This document shows, piece by piece, positions 36,630-51,254 of a stretch of DNA of 64,000 nucleotides; position 1 is the first letter of the stretch; each line of letters starts with the position of its first letter. Where the stretch lies: the NCBI GenBank assembly GCA_964106645.2, contig OZ067040.1, one strand, 5' to 3'. The notes beneath the pieces were generated by a model. The model saw only the letters and a program-made list of their open reading frames with translations, was not told the origin of the DNA and did no database searches. The position numbers were made by a program, and so were the translations under genes. The stretch is from Podarcis pityusensis (Eukaryota).

Positions 36630-39092
36630 TTAACAAACAGGAACAGTTTTGATGGGGGGGGGGGAAGCTACAAGCTGTGGCTGATTAGTTATTCCTCTCT
36701 GGACAATTCTTGCTACTGCTGCTCAAGTCCAGATTGTGTGAGATTTCATGAATAGGAATACAGCTGAGAATAAAAATGAGGCTTCTTTCCATCACTCTAT
36801 TTATGGAGCAGCTGCTTCACTGTTTGATACCCCTTTTACAACCATTTCTAAATAACTTACCTGGTGTTCTCAATATGGCTTTTTGGTTTAATGCTGCGTT
36901 CATTGAGAGTAAGGTCAAATGAGAAGAGGGAGGGAATATTGAGCCATTCATTGTCTTTCTGTGATTTCCTTTATTCTTTTAATGTGGGCATTTTCTTCCC
37001 TACTAAAAACTTATGACCTTCTTGATCTGTCCTTGGTATTTGAGAATATAATTAATATTTTCTTATATTTTAAAAAAAACACTCTGAGGTAGTTAACAAT
37101 GTTTTTAATAGAAACACAAATGAAATAACATAATCCTAAAACAACAACAACCCACTAAAACATCTGTCAAATCTGTCAAACATAATATATAAAACAAGAA
37201 AAGAACCAGCTTAACAGCATAAAAATCAACATTAAGCTACTGCCTGGGGGTGTTGGAAGTATGTACCAAGGCTGCTTTAAGGTCATATTTGTTTTTTTCA
37301 GAAATCAAGATGCTCCTTCCTTCTTATATGTGCCTTAATAAAACACTTCCTGATTTCCTCAAACTGTTGTTTGCCATGATGTCCAAACTGGCAAAACTGT
37401 GTGTGACTATCCCTCCAAACCAAGATTACAAATCAGACTCACATTCTAAATCTAGCAGAATGTGCATCACACTTCTGTATGAATGATATAAATCCAGTGA
37501 CCCACTCCCTTTTCGTCACCGCAATTTAATATTTGAAGAGCTTGAATGGAAGGGAGAGAGAATTCTGCCCAAGTCCTGCTGGGATTGTGATGGGAAGTGA
37601 TGAAGGCAAAAAAAAAGGAATAATGTTCTATGCCAGAATAGATAAGTTGGGACCAACAGATCAGCAAACTGGTAATGAAATGACTGTAAGTGGAAGAAGA
37701 TAAGTAAAACAAAGAATTAGTGTAACACGATTGTCAGAAAATATAAACTATATTCCATGTCACTAGCATAAATTTCACCCCAAATGTTCAGTTCAGGATG
37801 TGTCTCACATCTTTTATTGTCTTGCATAGTAAGGCAATTAACTATATGAAACCAGTTTTTGTCTTAAGTTTCAGAACTGATTTGTCATGTTCACAAAGTT
37901 CATAAACCTCAGAAAAGATCATGGGATTAAGTGAACATAAATTTATGCCAAAATAAATCTTGCTACTCTTTAAGATATCACAAGACTCCTTTGTTCGTTC
38001 GTCCTTTTTAAAGAATAGTACCTAGAGATGTTTGAGAAGAGATGCTGGTTTAGTTCTTGATATCCAGAGAAGTCCAGAAGGGTAAAAAGAGTTCAGCATC
38101 TGCTAAGGGGAGTGGATTGAAAGATGACATAGCAAAATATAAAGAAACCTATCTAATAATTATTTCAGTTTTTTTGATACTTGGTGGAGAAAAGTGCATT
38201 TATATTCCTTTGATGATGGTGAGGTCTGAGTTTGGGGGTGGGCAGAGACGTGGATTTCAGCTGATTTGAAAGTAGGCTTCTAAATTGGATCGATGGTTCT
38301 GAAGATTTTTCAGAAGCTGAAAATTCACTTGAACGTAGAGGTCAGATTTTGGCTACTGTGCAGCTGCTTGTACATTTCTTAATTTTAGAAACAGTTAAGT
38401 CTTTTATTTTTAACCAGAAGATAGGAATAGATTTCATATTGTTTCATGTATTTCATGGGATGCAATTCTTCGTGCGTGCATTCTCGTTTACTGTAGAGGC
38501 CAAGATCTTGTTTTAAAGCATTTTTGGAAACCATAAAAGGTTTTGATTTAGTTCAACTGAACTTTAGAATATGGGAAGAAATCATTTTTTGCCACAAACT
38601 CACAATAATATTTCTCCATGAATAGTAGTAGTAAAAATAAATATCTGAATATTCTCAAGCTAAAAGAATGGAAAATACATAATCACAAAGACTAGCACTA
38701 GCGAAGAATAGGAATAAGAAATCAATGTCACAGGAAACATTGAGATTATGTTTATCTTTTGTATATAGAAACCTGCCCGGAGAAGCAGGTTTCAAAAAGT
38801 TTGACGTGAAACTGATAAAAGTTAAGTTGACATTAAGGAATTAAAGGATTAGTTTAAGCAGCTAGGAACAATGGTGTACTGGTAAATTTTGATGGGTAGG
38901 ACTTAGAAAGGAAGCTGCTTTATACTGAGTCAGACCATTAGTCCATCTAGCCCAGTATTATCTACACTGACTGGCAGCGGCTTCCATTCCTCAACAGCAC
39001 AGCCTGGGGATAGATGCCAAGGATTGCATCTGGGTTCCTCTGCATTTAAGAGACATGGATGGTCTGCAACTGCTGTTCTACATGTCCCCAAA

Positions 39093-39345
39093 GGCCAGTG
39101 TGGTGTAGTGGTTAAGAGCGGTAGTCTCGTAATCTGGGGAACCGGGTTCGCGTCTCCGCTCCTCCACATGCAGCTGCTGGGTGACCTTGGGCCAGTCACA
39201 CTTCTCTGAAGTCTCTCAGCCTCACTCACCTCACAGAGTGTTTGTTGTGGGGGAGGAAGGGAAAGGAGATTGTTAGCCGCTTTGAGACTCCTTCGGGTGG
39301 TGATAAAGTGGGATATCAAATCCAAACTCTTCTTCTTCTTCTTCT
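39093..39345 (+). mobile_element. tRNA-derived SINE, copy 3, with (TCT)n tail
   Basis: A and B boxes; same family as the other two copies. Confidence 0.88.
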
Positions 39346-42312
39346 TTCTAAATATGACAGTCCCATAGCCCATATTCCTAGACGGAACTGATATACCCTC
39401 CACAAGACTTTGAATCAGCTGGCACTCATAGAATAGCTGCAAAAGGTGGGTTTTGTTAGTATGTTGGAATTTGTCTGGGAAGATAACTCAGATCACTGGT
39501 CAGTCAGGTGGCATGACTGCTATTCTGTGCATAGGTATCTGAAAAGCATGTTGAGCTTTAACAAAAGAGCTTGAGTCAGCTGCAATGCAGCTTTTAATTG
39601 GAAATGAAAGAAAGACAGCTTGCCTTTTAAACTGCTAGAATAAAGTAGGAACCCCATCGAAGGAAAGAAGTATCCAGCCCCTGCTTGATTATTTCCCCCA
39701 GGCTCTGACTTGTTCTGTGCTTACCTGGCACAAATAACAGCAAAACTAAAAGCCTCATTATCACATTGTTCACTTCCCAGAACCAGGAGGGCCTGTTAAT
39801 TACCCAGGCCTTCTAATGGAGTTATTTTTTCCATGTTAGTTTGACTGTAAACACAGGATGCATGAAAGAGCCAATCAGAGAAAGGAACATTGTGATGCAT
39901 GGACCATGACATCCATACTGCACACATGTTCCCACAATGGAGATCTGGAGAATGGAAATGAGAATTTCTGTCATCTAATCAGAAATTCTTATAAAATCAT
40001 TGCAAAATGGTAATTGACACTCTAGAAACTTAAGAAATTGTAAGAATCCTCTGTCTAATTGCTTGTGATGTGAAACCATAACAGTTAATTTGATGCATGT
40101 ATTGTGAAATTTCTTTTGCATTATTTTTTAAAAGAAAAATACAAGAAATAACAGGTTATACTGATGAATCCAGTAGCATTTATTTTAGGACATTGGAAGG
40201 TTTTTGCACAAACAGGAGACTGGATTGCTATTCCACTTGTTTAAAATCTACCAAAAAAAATCTTTCTCAATTTTGGAAGGCAATGGAGATACTATTTCTT
40301 GAATTATAGTAAACAAAAATTAAAATGATTTGTTCTGAAGAGATGGGAAAGTACAAACCTGAAATCTGGAGTTGCTGAATGACTAGGGCTGCAGTCCTAA
40401 CCCCACTAATATGGGAGTAAGTCTTATTTAATTCAGGAGGACTAAGTGGACATGGTTAGGATTGCACTGTCTGGCCGCATTCTTAACTCACCTAGGAGCA
40501 CACCTCATTGAAGTCAAGTAGGCTTGTTTAACATTGTACTGTACTGCTGATGGCCTGGTTTGGAAGCTCAGTTCCCAGCTTCCCAATTCATAGTTTAGCA
40601 GCCAGGTTAGGAAAGTGGTGATAAATCATGGCATCCCATTTCAAATGTAATGACTAACTTCAGTTTAATTAAACCAAGATGCAAGTACCGAGGAAGGAGG
40701 CAAAGGAGTACATGGTATTGCAAGTTAGGAACTGACACTGACTAGATCTAACAATTCGTTGAAGTTATTTTTGGAAGGTTATAGTCAATAAATAGTGTTG
40801 AATGATTTGGGAATATTTGTACATTAGGGTTTCTATATAGATTAGTATGCTTTTGATGCTCTTATGAGTTTTGGCTTTGAAATATTTTTGTTTCTTTTAT
40901 GTGATTTTGTTATGTGTGTTTTGTATGTTTATTACAATAATAAACACTGGAATAAAAATGCAACTGTTTTGGAAAGTTACTTTCTATTCTTAGCCAAGAA
41001 TGTTTAAAATTAACTGAAAAATAAAACAAAATATTTTAGGATTTACTGTCCCCTGTTACCTGGAAACAGAAAATGTTTTTCTCTTGCTATGGCAACAAGA
41101 AAATGTGAATGTACGATAAACCAATAACTTGGAGTTCTGCCACAAAATAGATGAGAAATCTGTTTAGTGCTGCAGTAGAGTTGTATCTCAAAATTTCCAG
41201 CCTCCACTTTGACCTAATTCATCCCCACACTTCTCAATCTTTTTGTAGAAGTGGAAAATTACTTGGAATAAAGCTTTTATATGGTATTTTAGAAGGTTTG
41301 CAAACTTAGTCCCGTTATAGGAAAAGATGGCTGTTGAGTGTAGGAAAAAATGTTTCCCTAAGCTGATTAACAAAATGGACCATATTGGGATGGAGTTGCT
41401 TTTGCTTTCTTTGGACAAAGTAGTAGCAATGTATTGAATTCAGATTTTGAATGACTACTTCTATTGTGTCATTCAGGAGTGGACATACTGTATATTTTCA
41501 AATTCCTAAGTAGCCTTAGATTTTCAGAAGCAAGCAGTGGATCATGGATAACTTTGGGCAGCCAAGTACCTGGGTTGAAGCTTTTTATTTAATTCACAGA
41601 CAGAGACAAAATGACAAAAAGGATGGTTTAGTATTTTTCGGTGACAGGAAGGTTTTAAGAATTTATGCTGAAAGCTCACTGAGAGTGCACTGTTCCCCAA
41701 GTTTACTGAATACATTTTAAGTTGACGTGAACCTAAGAAGACTGAGATAATGAAGAGCAGCTACTTTCAACCCAACTTAAGTTCCTTGTTGTTGTTGGCG
41801 TCTGTCTCAAGAGACAATGCAGTGCACCTCCAGGGGTGATTATTCTTACTTGCAGAAGGTGAAATGAGACAGAGTGACTTACTCAGGCTCTTACCCTGGC
41901 TGTATTCAGAGGCCATGCTTTTACTTCTGAACCTTTGTCAGCTCGCAAACCATCATTTAGGAGGGGCTTGCTTGAAAATTACAGTTTGTGCCTGCTGCTT
42001 ACTGTTATACTGTATATTTACTCACCCCACCACACAGCTTATCCAAAATGGAGATAAATAGAGAAAGAAAGGAGAATGAAATCAACTACATCCAGTCCTC
42101 ACAACTCCCTTTCCTTACCAAGTGCTTTCCTCTTTTCACACTGCACATGTATTGCCTATTATGTATTTGGAAGCATAAGCCATGGTGTCGGTTCCTAACT
42201 ATGGTTAGCAGAAACCATGTAAGGCATGATCCTTGAATGAAACCCATGGGTTGGTTGACAAATAACACTTTCCCATGATTTAATGCTACATAGATGAGCC
42301 TTAACAAGCCGA

Positions 42313-42640
42313 ATGCTCACCAGAACAAGATGGTTTGAGCATATAACACCAATCCTGGCCCAACTTCATTGGCTGCCAATTAGTTTCCAGGCCCAGTTCA
42401 AAGAGCTGCTGTTCACTTATAAAGCCTTACACAGCTCAGGACCTCAATACCCTAAGTACATCCTCTCCCCATGCAGACTGACCCAGACCCTGCACTTGTT
42501 ATCTCTATGTCCCCACTCCTGAGAGTTTTGGAGGGTGGCAACACAAAAACGGGCCCTTTCTGTGGTGGCTTCCTGACTGGAATGCTATCCCCAGAGAGGC
42601 TCACCTGGCACCATTATTTACATTCTTTAGGTGCCAGGGA
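42313..42640 (+). mobile_element. L2 LINE 3' fragment
   Basis: HITPILAQLHWLPI motif, characteristic of the L2 ORF2 C-terminus. Confidence 0.85.
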
Positions 42641-42761
42641 CATTTATTATGATTATTTTATCATATTGTTATGCTTTTTATTATGTTTTCACTATTGACG
42701 TTCTGTAAAACGTTTTCTTAATGCTGTACACCACCCTCGGATCTTTTGATAAAAGATAGTA

Positions 42762-42973
42762 CAGTGGTACTTCGGGTTAAGTACTTAATTCATTCCGGAG
42801 GTCCGTTCTTAACCTGAAACTGTTCTTTACCTGAGGTACCACTTTAGCTAATGGGGCCTCCCACCGCCGCACAATTTCTGTTCTCATCCTGAAGCAAAGT
42901 TCTGAACCCAAGGTATTATTTCTGGGTTAGTGGAGTCTGTAACCTGAAGCGTATGTAACCCAAGGTACCACTG
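42762..42973. mobile_element. Tc1/mariner-type MITE
   Basis: TA-flanked TIRs; sister of 4264-4505. Confidence 0.85.
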
Positions 42974-45496
42974 TATATAAATTGAAATGATGATGATGGA
43001 AGTGCAAGGCCCCTTGCATCCAGGAGGAGGACTCCTGCCAAGTTTAGTTTCAGCTTCAGAGAATCTTGGCTTTGCATTACTTGTGAACCAGTAATTCTGG
43101 CTTAAAGCAAACAGTGGTTAGTTTCTAAAACAAGCAGACCTCAAACCATGGGTTAGCTGGCATGTTTTAACTGCTGATTGTGTTTGCACATGATGCTAAG
43201 CCATCATGCTTTGACATTTAAAGTAAACTTGGCAGAGGAGGGCAAGGAAAGTAACATGTGAGCCTGATGCTTTGTTGAGACTTGTCTCCGTAATGCTGAA
43301 CCATGATTTAGTGTTACAGGCAAACAAGCCCAGCAGCTGCATACACCTCCTGCCCAATGTGCATGGACAATAAGCTTGTGCATTTCTACCTCCAGTGCAG
43401 CTGAGAAGAGGATATCAGAAACTTCTGCTTCCATCTTCCATTTTCAACTATCCATATGTTCTTGTTATGGCTGAATCTGGACAAACTGTACTTAGAGTTA
43501 GCTATGATTTATTGAAATAAGCAAAGTTCAAACCCTGATTATGGACCCTGATCTGATTTAGTAAATCATAGTTAGCATTGTGCACAAAAAGCTAAACCAT
43601 GGTTCAGCATTATGTGTGAACCAAGACAGTGAGTCAGTGGCAGAGGTGGAACTTCATGCTAGTCCTCCCAAATGCAAATTAGGTGGATTGGATAATATTT
43701 CCTGTATTGCTTACTAAAAATACTCTCTGGCATTCTGAATGAAAAGCTTGACAGACAGCCCTCTCCTTTATAAGCAGTATGTGTGTTTGTGTTTTGTAAA
43801 CAAGAGACTTTTTTTTCTTGTTCTGTTATTTACCAAAACTAAAAGCCACAATTTTCGAAATTCTGTGCTTGTTTGACACAGTGTATTTGTTAGATAATTC
43901 AGGCACCACTCCATTGTACTCACATCTTGATTTGCTGGAGAGAGCCAGGTTCTGCATGTTCATGCTTTACTGGAACTTGAAAATAAATGGGCTCCAATGG
44001 CTTTGCGTAATGGGTTGCTTTTCCACTGCTATTTCTCCCCACTTCCACCAAACTGAAAGCACTAGTTTCCTGCCTGTCTTGTGTGATTTCTTGCATGTAA
44101 TTTTAAAGCTGCCTTTTAGAGAGCTCTTCAGAGTAGTGAACAAGAAAAGCCTGTGCAAAGCTCCTCATCTTCTAAACAACCAATTTAATCCTAAATAATG
44201 GAAAACTGGCTATTTGCAGATTCTAATTTAGAAAATTAGTGTTTCCATATTTGTTTAATGATAACAAGGTGGCTGCTATGATGGAAAGTTTCCTAGACAA
44301 TAATAAGATACTCTTTGGTCCACATTTGGCCAGCAACATTTCTTATTGTATCTAGCACATTTAATAACAGATCTACATTATGGTTCTAACCGACAGTAGA
44401 GCTACTCTGATAGTCTTGTCATAATTTATATTATCTTAATTATATTTATAATTTTATTCTGATTATATCTTAATAGAGATTGCTGATGTATTGTATTCAT
44501 CCCAGAGTATGTTGCAATGGTGATTTGGGAATTGATGTAGCATTTTTTTCTTACAGAGGGGTCAGTTCTGCAGTAATATATTCTGCAGCAGAAGGTGAGA
44601 AAATTTTAGAGTAAACACAGACAGGGAGATATGCTCCCTTGGACACCCTCATTTGAATTCCCGTTAGGCTGAAGGCCAAACTAAATGTTATGCTAGTGCC
44701 GTACATGATTTATTCAAAAGCTGATTTGGGGGCCAGAGCTGGACCGGTACCTGGAGGGAGCAGGCTTTAACCCCTTGCCTCTGGTATGGCCTCATTTAGA
44801 ATCGCATATTCTCACTCCCACCTCAGCGTTTCATGTTCCTTTACTTTTTGAAGTAATGCTTTTATTTAATTATTTTAATTCAACAATTTATACACAGCTT
44901 AGCAGCGTAGTTTCTAAGCAGTGTACAGTGAGGTTACAAAGGAGATGCAACAGATAAAACAAGTTAAAAATTTTACCAAAAAAGCTTCCTTTTGTTCACA
45001 AAGTGCCTGTAGTTCAGGGAGGCAGGCGGCCTGTTTTGATTTCAACTGGGAAAGAGAATTAGGCTGACAATACTGAATGCACGGCTCCTGGCAGATGCAA
45101 GCTGTGCACCTGAGCCATGGGGGGACCATTACAGTTTGTGTCTGTTTCAAAACTTTTCAGGGCTCTCTTGGTGCAAAATCCACAAGATCTGTCTTTGCAA
45201 AATGGAATGAAAATCACATGCTGAGTACAAATTATAGGGTGGTGGGTTCAGTAATGGTACAAGTTATCTAGGCAGCTATATTGTGGGTTACACTGGAGGT
45301 ACTGAGTGGCTTTAAGAAACTGACCATCTCTGGCCTGAGGCTGACTTGCCAACAAACTGGTTTTCTTCTCCTCTCTCCAAAATGTATGACAGAAATTGAG
45401 TACCGTCAATTGAAAAGCATGGAGAGGAGCCAATTCAGGAAGACATCAGCATTGAAGCTGTTTCCATAAACACCTTTCTTTCTCTTTTTCAGAGCC

Positions 45497-45661
45497 ATGG
45501 TGTCATGGAAAGGAATTTATTTTGTACTTACACTATTCTTGGGAAGTTTTTTCGGAAGCATTTTCATGCTTGGCCCCTTGCTGCCATTGATGTTTTTCTC
45601 CCCAGCTTGGTATCGCTGGGTCACTGATCGCGTTGTGGCTACTTGGCTTACACTTCCAGTG
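45497..45661 (+). CDS. LCLAT1: Lysocardiolipin acyltransferase 1, coding exon 1 (exon starts 45493)
   Basis: MVSWKGIYFVLTLFLGSFFGSIFMLGP...ATWLTLPV matches the LCLAT1 N-terminus. Polypyrimidine tract plus AG at 45491-45492, GCCATGG Kozak context, donor GTG|GTAAGT, phase 0. Confidence 0.96.
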
Positions 45662-46477
45662 GTAAGTTGCTTATATATTACATCTTATGAAAAGTCCCAA
45701 CTGCTCAAACCACCCAGACTTTAAATGCCAAACAATGACTTTTTATATTCAATATTTGGACTTAGTTTCAGGTATAGAATTGCAGCCATGCAACACAACC
45801 TTGCTCTGTTCAGTAGACCTTATTATCCTAAGTGTAACTAGGATTGCAGGCATAATCTTCTATGTGCTGTCAGGATAAGCTTCAGAGCTAATGGCAGAGG
45901 GTGATGGACAACTGTGTCTAAACTTGAGACAGAGATGGGAGGTGTCTGGACTGGAAAGACTTTGGCAGATGGCCAAAATGACAACTATAGAAGAGCCAAG
46001 GAAGAACAGCTATCAGATAAGTTAACAGTACTCCTTGTTCTGTTCTGGAATGGAAAATTCAATTATAATATTCAGCAGTCTGCTTTATTGTAAGGTATCT
46101 TTGTTTCTTCATTCTTTGAATGATCCGCCTTTAATTATTCATCAACAAGTGGTCATGTTTTTTCCTTCTTTTCCATGTAAAATATAGTAATTTATTTGAG
46201 AGAGATAAAAAAAAATAGGATTTCCTGGTTGGAATGGTTTGAGATGAACTGCTATGCTTAACAGCTGTAACTCTCAGGTCACTTCTTTCCAGCACATAGT
46301 GTCCTCAGCCTGACAAGGTCACCACCTATTAACCCTAATATATCAGTGTAATGACAGTGAAGAGTCTTTTAAAAATAATTTGTAAGCTTTAGGTGGTTAG
46401 CAGACCAGTAATACATTTTTTAAAAGAAAATTTTTACCAGACCTCTTAAAGGTTACCTATATGTTTGTTTCACTGTA

Positions 46478-46660
46478 CATTGGACCGTCCAGTTACATAC
46501 TACTCTGGTTATGTAACTTTCAGGTTATGAACGTGGCAAACCCGGAAGTGCATCCTTCCGGGTTTTGCCACGTGTGCAGAAACGGCACCTCTGGTTACGT
46601 TTTTTTGGGGTGCACACGGACCCCCAGAATGAATTAAATTTGTATCCGGAGGGTCCACTG
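46478..46660. mobile_element. Tc1/mariner-type MITE
   Basis: TA-flanked TIR ...CCGGAGGGTCCACTG; related to 20601-20743. Confidence 0.72.
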
Positions 46661-47889
46661 TACTGATGAGTTTCTTGTTTTTCTGCTGTTTTAACTGTGT
46701 GGCCAAACAACAACTTTGTTGTTGTTGGTTGACATGACTTTTGTTTGTAAGCTTACTTGAGGGGTAAGGTGACAAGGCAGAGTAGCCATCAAAGCAATAT
46801 CCTATGCTGGGTATCTGTGTTAATCAGGAGTACATGCGCAAACATCCCATATAGACCCTAAAAACTATAGAAAAGAAGCACTGAGCGAATGAATGTGAAT
46901 GAAGCTTGACTATGGTTGCAGCAGACTGCTGACTGTTGAAGGAAGGGAAAATCAGAGGGAATGGAACATAGTGTCCTGTAAGATCCTGGTTGGCCAGCTG
47001 GAACCCTGAACAGGAACACTTAACACTGCAACATTTTGTTGCAGGTCCCACTTGGATTTTAACGTAATGCTGAAATCAGAATGGAAGAAAATGTATATTT
47101 AGGTCTGAAGTGCTGTAGTTCAACCATCTCATCCCCAGGACTATGTTTATGAACTGTAGTCTCACAGAAACACATGAACACTGCTGTTCACTGTTTAAAA
47201 AACAACAGCAGTGGGGAGTTATAATTGTGCCCTGAGACTGCAGCCCAAAGAAGATTAATTTGAAGCCAGTTCCATTGAACTCAGTGGGAACTTGGTGAGT
47301 CTTTGGAAATAAATCAATGTAGGAACAAACTGTTTTCTTCTGATCATGTATTTGATTCATTTCCTGAATTATCGTAATGCCAGCATTTTTAGAGACTCTA
47401 CCAGGTGTGCTTCCCTCCTCTACAATTCTATGATTCCTGCCTTCTTAAAATGGATTTCAAATATCTAATAATACTGCACAGAGGCTATGCATTTAGAGGT
47501 TTACAAATATTTAGAATCGGTAAAAAAATTGTACCATATAGTCACTTACATATTACTTTGTTTTCTCTGAGCAGAGCTCTGAAATAAAAATTCTGGCTAA
47601 ATAAGAAGTAAAATTCATTTTACTTCTTTCGTTCATTCTTTCGTTCAAGGCTGATAGCATATTAAAAACCTGTTTTTAATAAGGAACAACTTATTGACTG
47701 ATAGTAGAAGTAGTGGAACTTACAAATATGTCCCATTGTATATGTTTCTTTGACTGCTTTGTCATGCATAAGCCCTGAAGTGACTAATTCTCTAGTTCTC
47801 ATTTTTTTCATCAGATGATGATGATCTCATTTATATCCCACCTTTCCCCCAAGGAGCTCAAGGTGACGTAAATGTATAGAATTTTAGGT

Positions 47890-48070
47890 ACAGAATCATT
47901 GATTTGTACAGTTGGAAGGGACCCTGAGGGTCATCTACTCCAACTCACTACAATACAGGATTCTCAACTAGATCACACATGACTGATGACTATCCAAACT
48001 CTGCATAAAAACCCCTAAGGAAGGAGAGTCCACCACCTCTCATGGAAGTCTGTTCCAGTCTCAAACAGCC
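47890..48070 (-). mobile_element. CR1 3' end fragment
   Basis: Similar to 25617-25800. Confidence 0.65.
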
Positions 48071-50650
48071 CTGACCTTCCCCATTTTATCCTCATAACAA
48101 CCCTGTGAGGTTAATGAGGCTGAGAGGGAGATAATGGCCCAAGGCCACCCAGTGAGCTTCATGACTGAATGGCTCAGTCCCTAGTGCAGCATTCAAATCA
48201 CAGCACCACACGGGTATTACATATCAACAGAAGACACCCCAAAAAACCTCCTGTACCCTACGTATCTGATCCACTTCCTGTACCCCATGTGATCCAACCA
48301 TTGGAGGACAAAAGTGGCTTCACGTGGGATGGAAAACTTACCTTCTGTGAAATTCCTTAAGGTGTCTTATTTTAACATTTAAGCCATAGAGTCCAGCAAT
48401 CTTACCTGTAGCGGTGCACAGCCATTATTTATTTATTTATTTTACTTACTACATTTATGTACTGCAGGAAGCTCAGGGGTGTGTATGTGGCTCTTCACGC
48501 TCTTCATTTTATTAGTGTAACAACCCTTTGGGGTAGGTTGGATTGAGAGAGAGTGGCAGACTGGGGATTTGAATCTGTGTCTCCTCAGACCTAGTCCATC
48601 TGTTGCACCATGATGACCCCACGATGCCTTTAGAAAGCTTACAGGTGGGGCATGAGGGCCACAGTACCCACTGTTTTCATACTGCTTCTGAACATGGGAG
48701 CTCCAGTTATCTATTATTACTGATAGGGAAGACTTCCATGGGCAAAACTGAGGTTGAGAAAGTAGGAATGGTTTTGATGGATGAAGTTGGGCTGGGGAAC
48801 ACTTGCAGCACACACACTTGTTGGAGGCACCAGCTACCACTGTGTGTTAATAGTTGTAAGCAACATGTTAATGAGCAAAACTATCTCTCTCCCACCTCGA
48901 TAGATGGTCCGTCCGAATAGCGGTGCAGAGTTTGCTATGCTTTTATAATGGTTCATTTTTAACCTTGATCAATAATAACATGCCAGTACTGCAGTTAGCT
49001 GAGTCATCCATTAATGCTTTATGCTCTTTATATAGTTCATTTCACACAGGGAACTAAAAGCCCTTCACAGAGGTAAGTGACATCTCTGTTGATTAGATGA
49101 GACATTGTCTGTCTTATTTCCTTGTTCCTTCATCTTTTCTAATTCTAATGCTGTTTTATATTCCAAACGTCAAGGTTTATTTTGGGTTAGAAGGCTTCAC
49201 TTTTCCCCTTGGGTAGTTCAGGGAAGAAAATTGGTGTTTTGATTCTATTGTGGGTCTGGGTGCCTTCGTCACCTTTTCTGCCGTTGCAATTGGTTGTTTT
49301 TAACCATCATCTTTGTATTCCAACCTTTCTCTGAAAGGCTCAGGGTTGCATGTCCATAGTTACTTTATTCTCAAAGCAACTCTGTGATCAGTTAGGCAGG
49401 AAGAAAGTTATTTCCTCTATAATTTGAAGCTGGATAACTTTAACTGTTCAAATAGTGTAAATACTATTCCTTTGCGTAGTAATTTTAAAATGTCTTTTCT
49501 AATAACAATTCAAGTTGATGTGCAACTTTTTTATATAAAAAAGACATAACTCATACAGATTATATCAATACAGATAAATTATGTTGGGGTAGGGAACTTC
49601 TGACTTACAAGCCAATATTGGCCCGTTCTCAATTTGACCCACAAAGCCATGTTCCCAAAGTCACTTCCACCCTTCTGCTAATGTCACTCATGGCATCATC
49701 TGATGGATTGGAAGCTACAGTTAAATCCTGCATTGCCTGCATTCCTGTTCCGAGCAAGAAACAGGAGAGCAGCACAGCTGAAGCAGCAGGATTTGACCTC
49801 CATGCTTGTCAGCTGATAAATCCTGCTTGGTTTGGCTGGATTCCATGCAGCACCTTCCTGATTCAGAAAGGGGGCCTGTATGGAAATTCCTGCTGAAATG
49901 GAGGGGGGCACTGGCCTTGCAAGGTGCTCTGAAGTCCTGAGTTTGGGACTACAAAGCACCCTGCAGCTGACATAATAGGGAAGTCAGGAGATTGACAGAT
50001 GGGATGTCCTGTGAAGCGTATCATTATCAGCCCATGGAGCCGAAAAGGTTTCCAACCCCTGAGTTAAATGATTCTGCTGTGCAGCAAACCACAAGCTGAC
50101 CAGTCTATGGACAGAAAGAGCAGTGTCAGAGAAAGGCATAAAGAGATTGGTGTGGTATGAGGCTTCCCAGAAGGAATCATCCAAAGGGTAGATGCTATCA
50201 GGCAGGAGATCCCACAGCATAGGCAAATCTTGCTTCATGCATGGAAGGGTGAAGGTGTTCATTGTTTGGGGAGATAAATATGACTGCCTTGAATTAATGT
50301 GTCTATTTTCTGCTGCTTTCACCACAACCATAATGGTTCTTCTGAATCATGTGGTTATTTGACACTGAGTCCTTTGAGTATGCAAGGTCCACATTTTTTT
50401 CCTGCAGTGGGTGCTCTGTAATAGTCCCATTGGTACTGTACAGTTGAACAGTATGCTACTCCTCAAATGCTTTCCCCAAACCATTCTGCTAAATATTTTT
50501 TTAAAAAACTAGGTACATCTTAGAAACATGCACTGGCTACTATAAACCTTTGGTGCAAGATAATGTCTTGATTTATATCATTGTAAATTATTTGTTCTCA
50601 GATATTTGCATGTTTTCAAAGTTAATATAAAATCAAATTATTTCTCTTAG

Positions 50651-50849
50651 GCCTTACTGGAGATTGTATTTGGAGCAAAAGTGGTTATAACAGGTGATGG
50701 ATTCATCCCCGGAGAAAGAAGTGTCATTATCATGAACCACCGAACTCGAATGGACTGGATGTTCCTATGGAACTGCCTGCTGAGATATAGCTACCTCAGA
50801 CTTGAAAAAATATGTCTCAAATCTAGCCTCAAAGGCATTCCAGGATTTG
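50651..50849 (+). CDS. LCLAT1: Lysocardiolipin acyltransferase 1, coding exon 2
   Basis: ALLEIVFGAKVVITGDGFIPGERSVIIMNHRTRMDWMFLW...KGIPGF, containing the catalytic NHxxxxD motif. Acceptor TTTCTCTTAG, donor TTG|GTAGGT, 199 nt, phase 0 to 1. Confidence 0.97.
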
Positions 50850-51254
50850 GTAGGTCACCAACATGATAAAAACTTTCTTTTTTGTTTAGCTTTATATGAT
50901 GTTGTAATATTTGCTACCTTATATGGTAGTTCAGAATATTTGATTTTAGCTCTGCTGTTTTTATAATGATGGGTTTCATTGTTCTGTTTATTATTTTTCG
51001 GCATTATTGTTAGCTGTCTTAAGGGATCTGTGGAGCCATGCAGAAAGAGAAAAATTCCAAAATGATATCTAAAACCTTCTGTCTGTTAAGCATGTAAACT
51101 GCTTTCCAGCTCACATAGGCTAAAATAATTTGTTTTCAAAATATGTCTTAAAATATTATTCTCTTCAGATTAGTTGCATATTTGTTTGTGCTGTCTTGTT
51201 TTATTGCACAGTAGTCAAACTCTTAGAAGATAAATCCCATTTCTTTTTCTGATA

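Noticed and set aside
39093-39170. tRNA-like sequence (also at 7977, 31386, about 4760 and 60420)
   Set aside because: These are SINE heads that continue into SINE bodies and tails; no complete cloverleaf with a terminator.
38930-39442. 170-aa ORF with paralogous ORFs at 7928-8200 and 31385-31570
   Set aside because: Antisense translation of the same SINE family, not a gene family.
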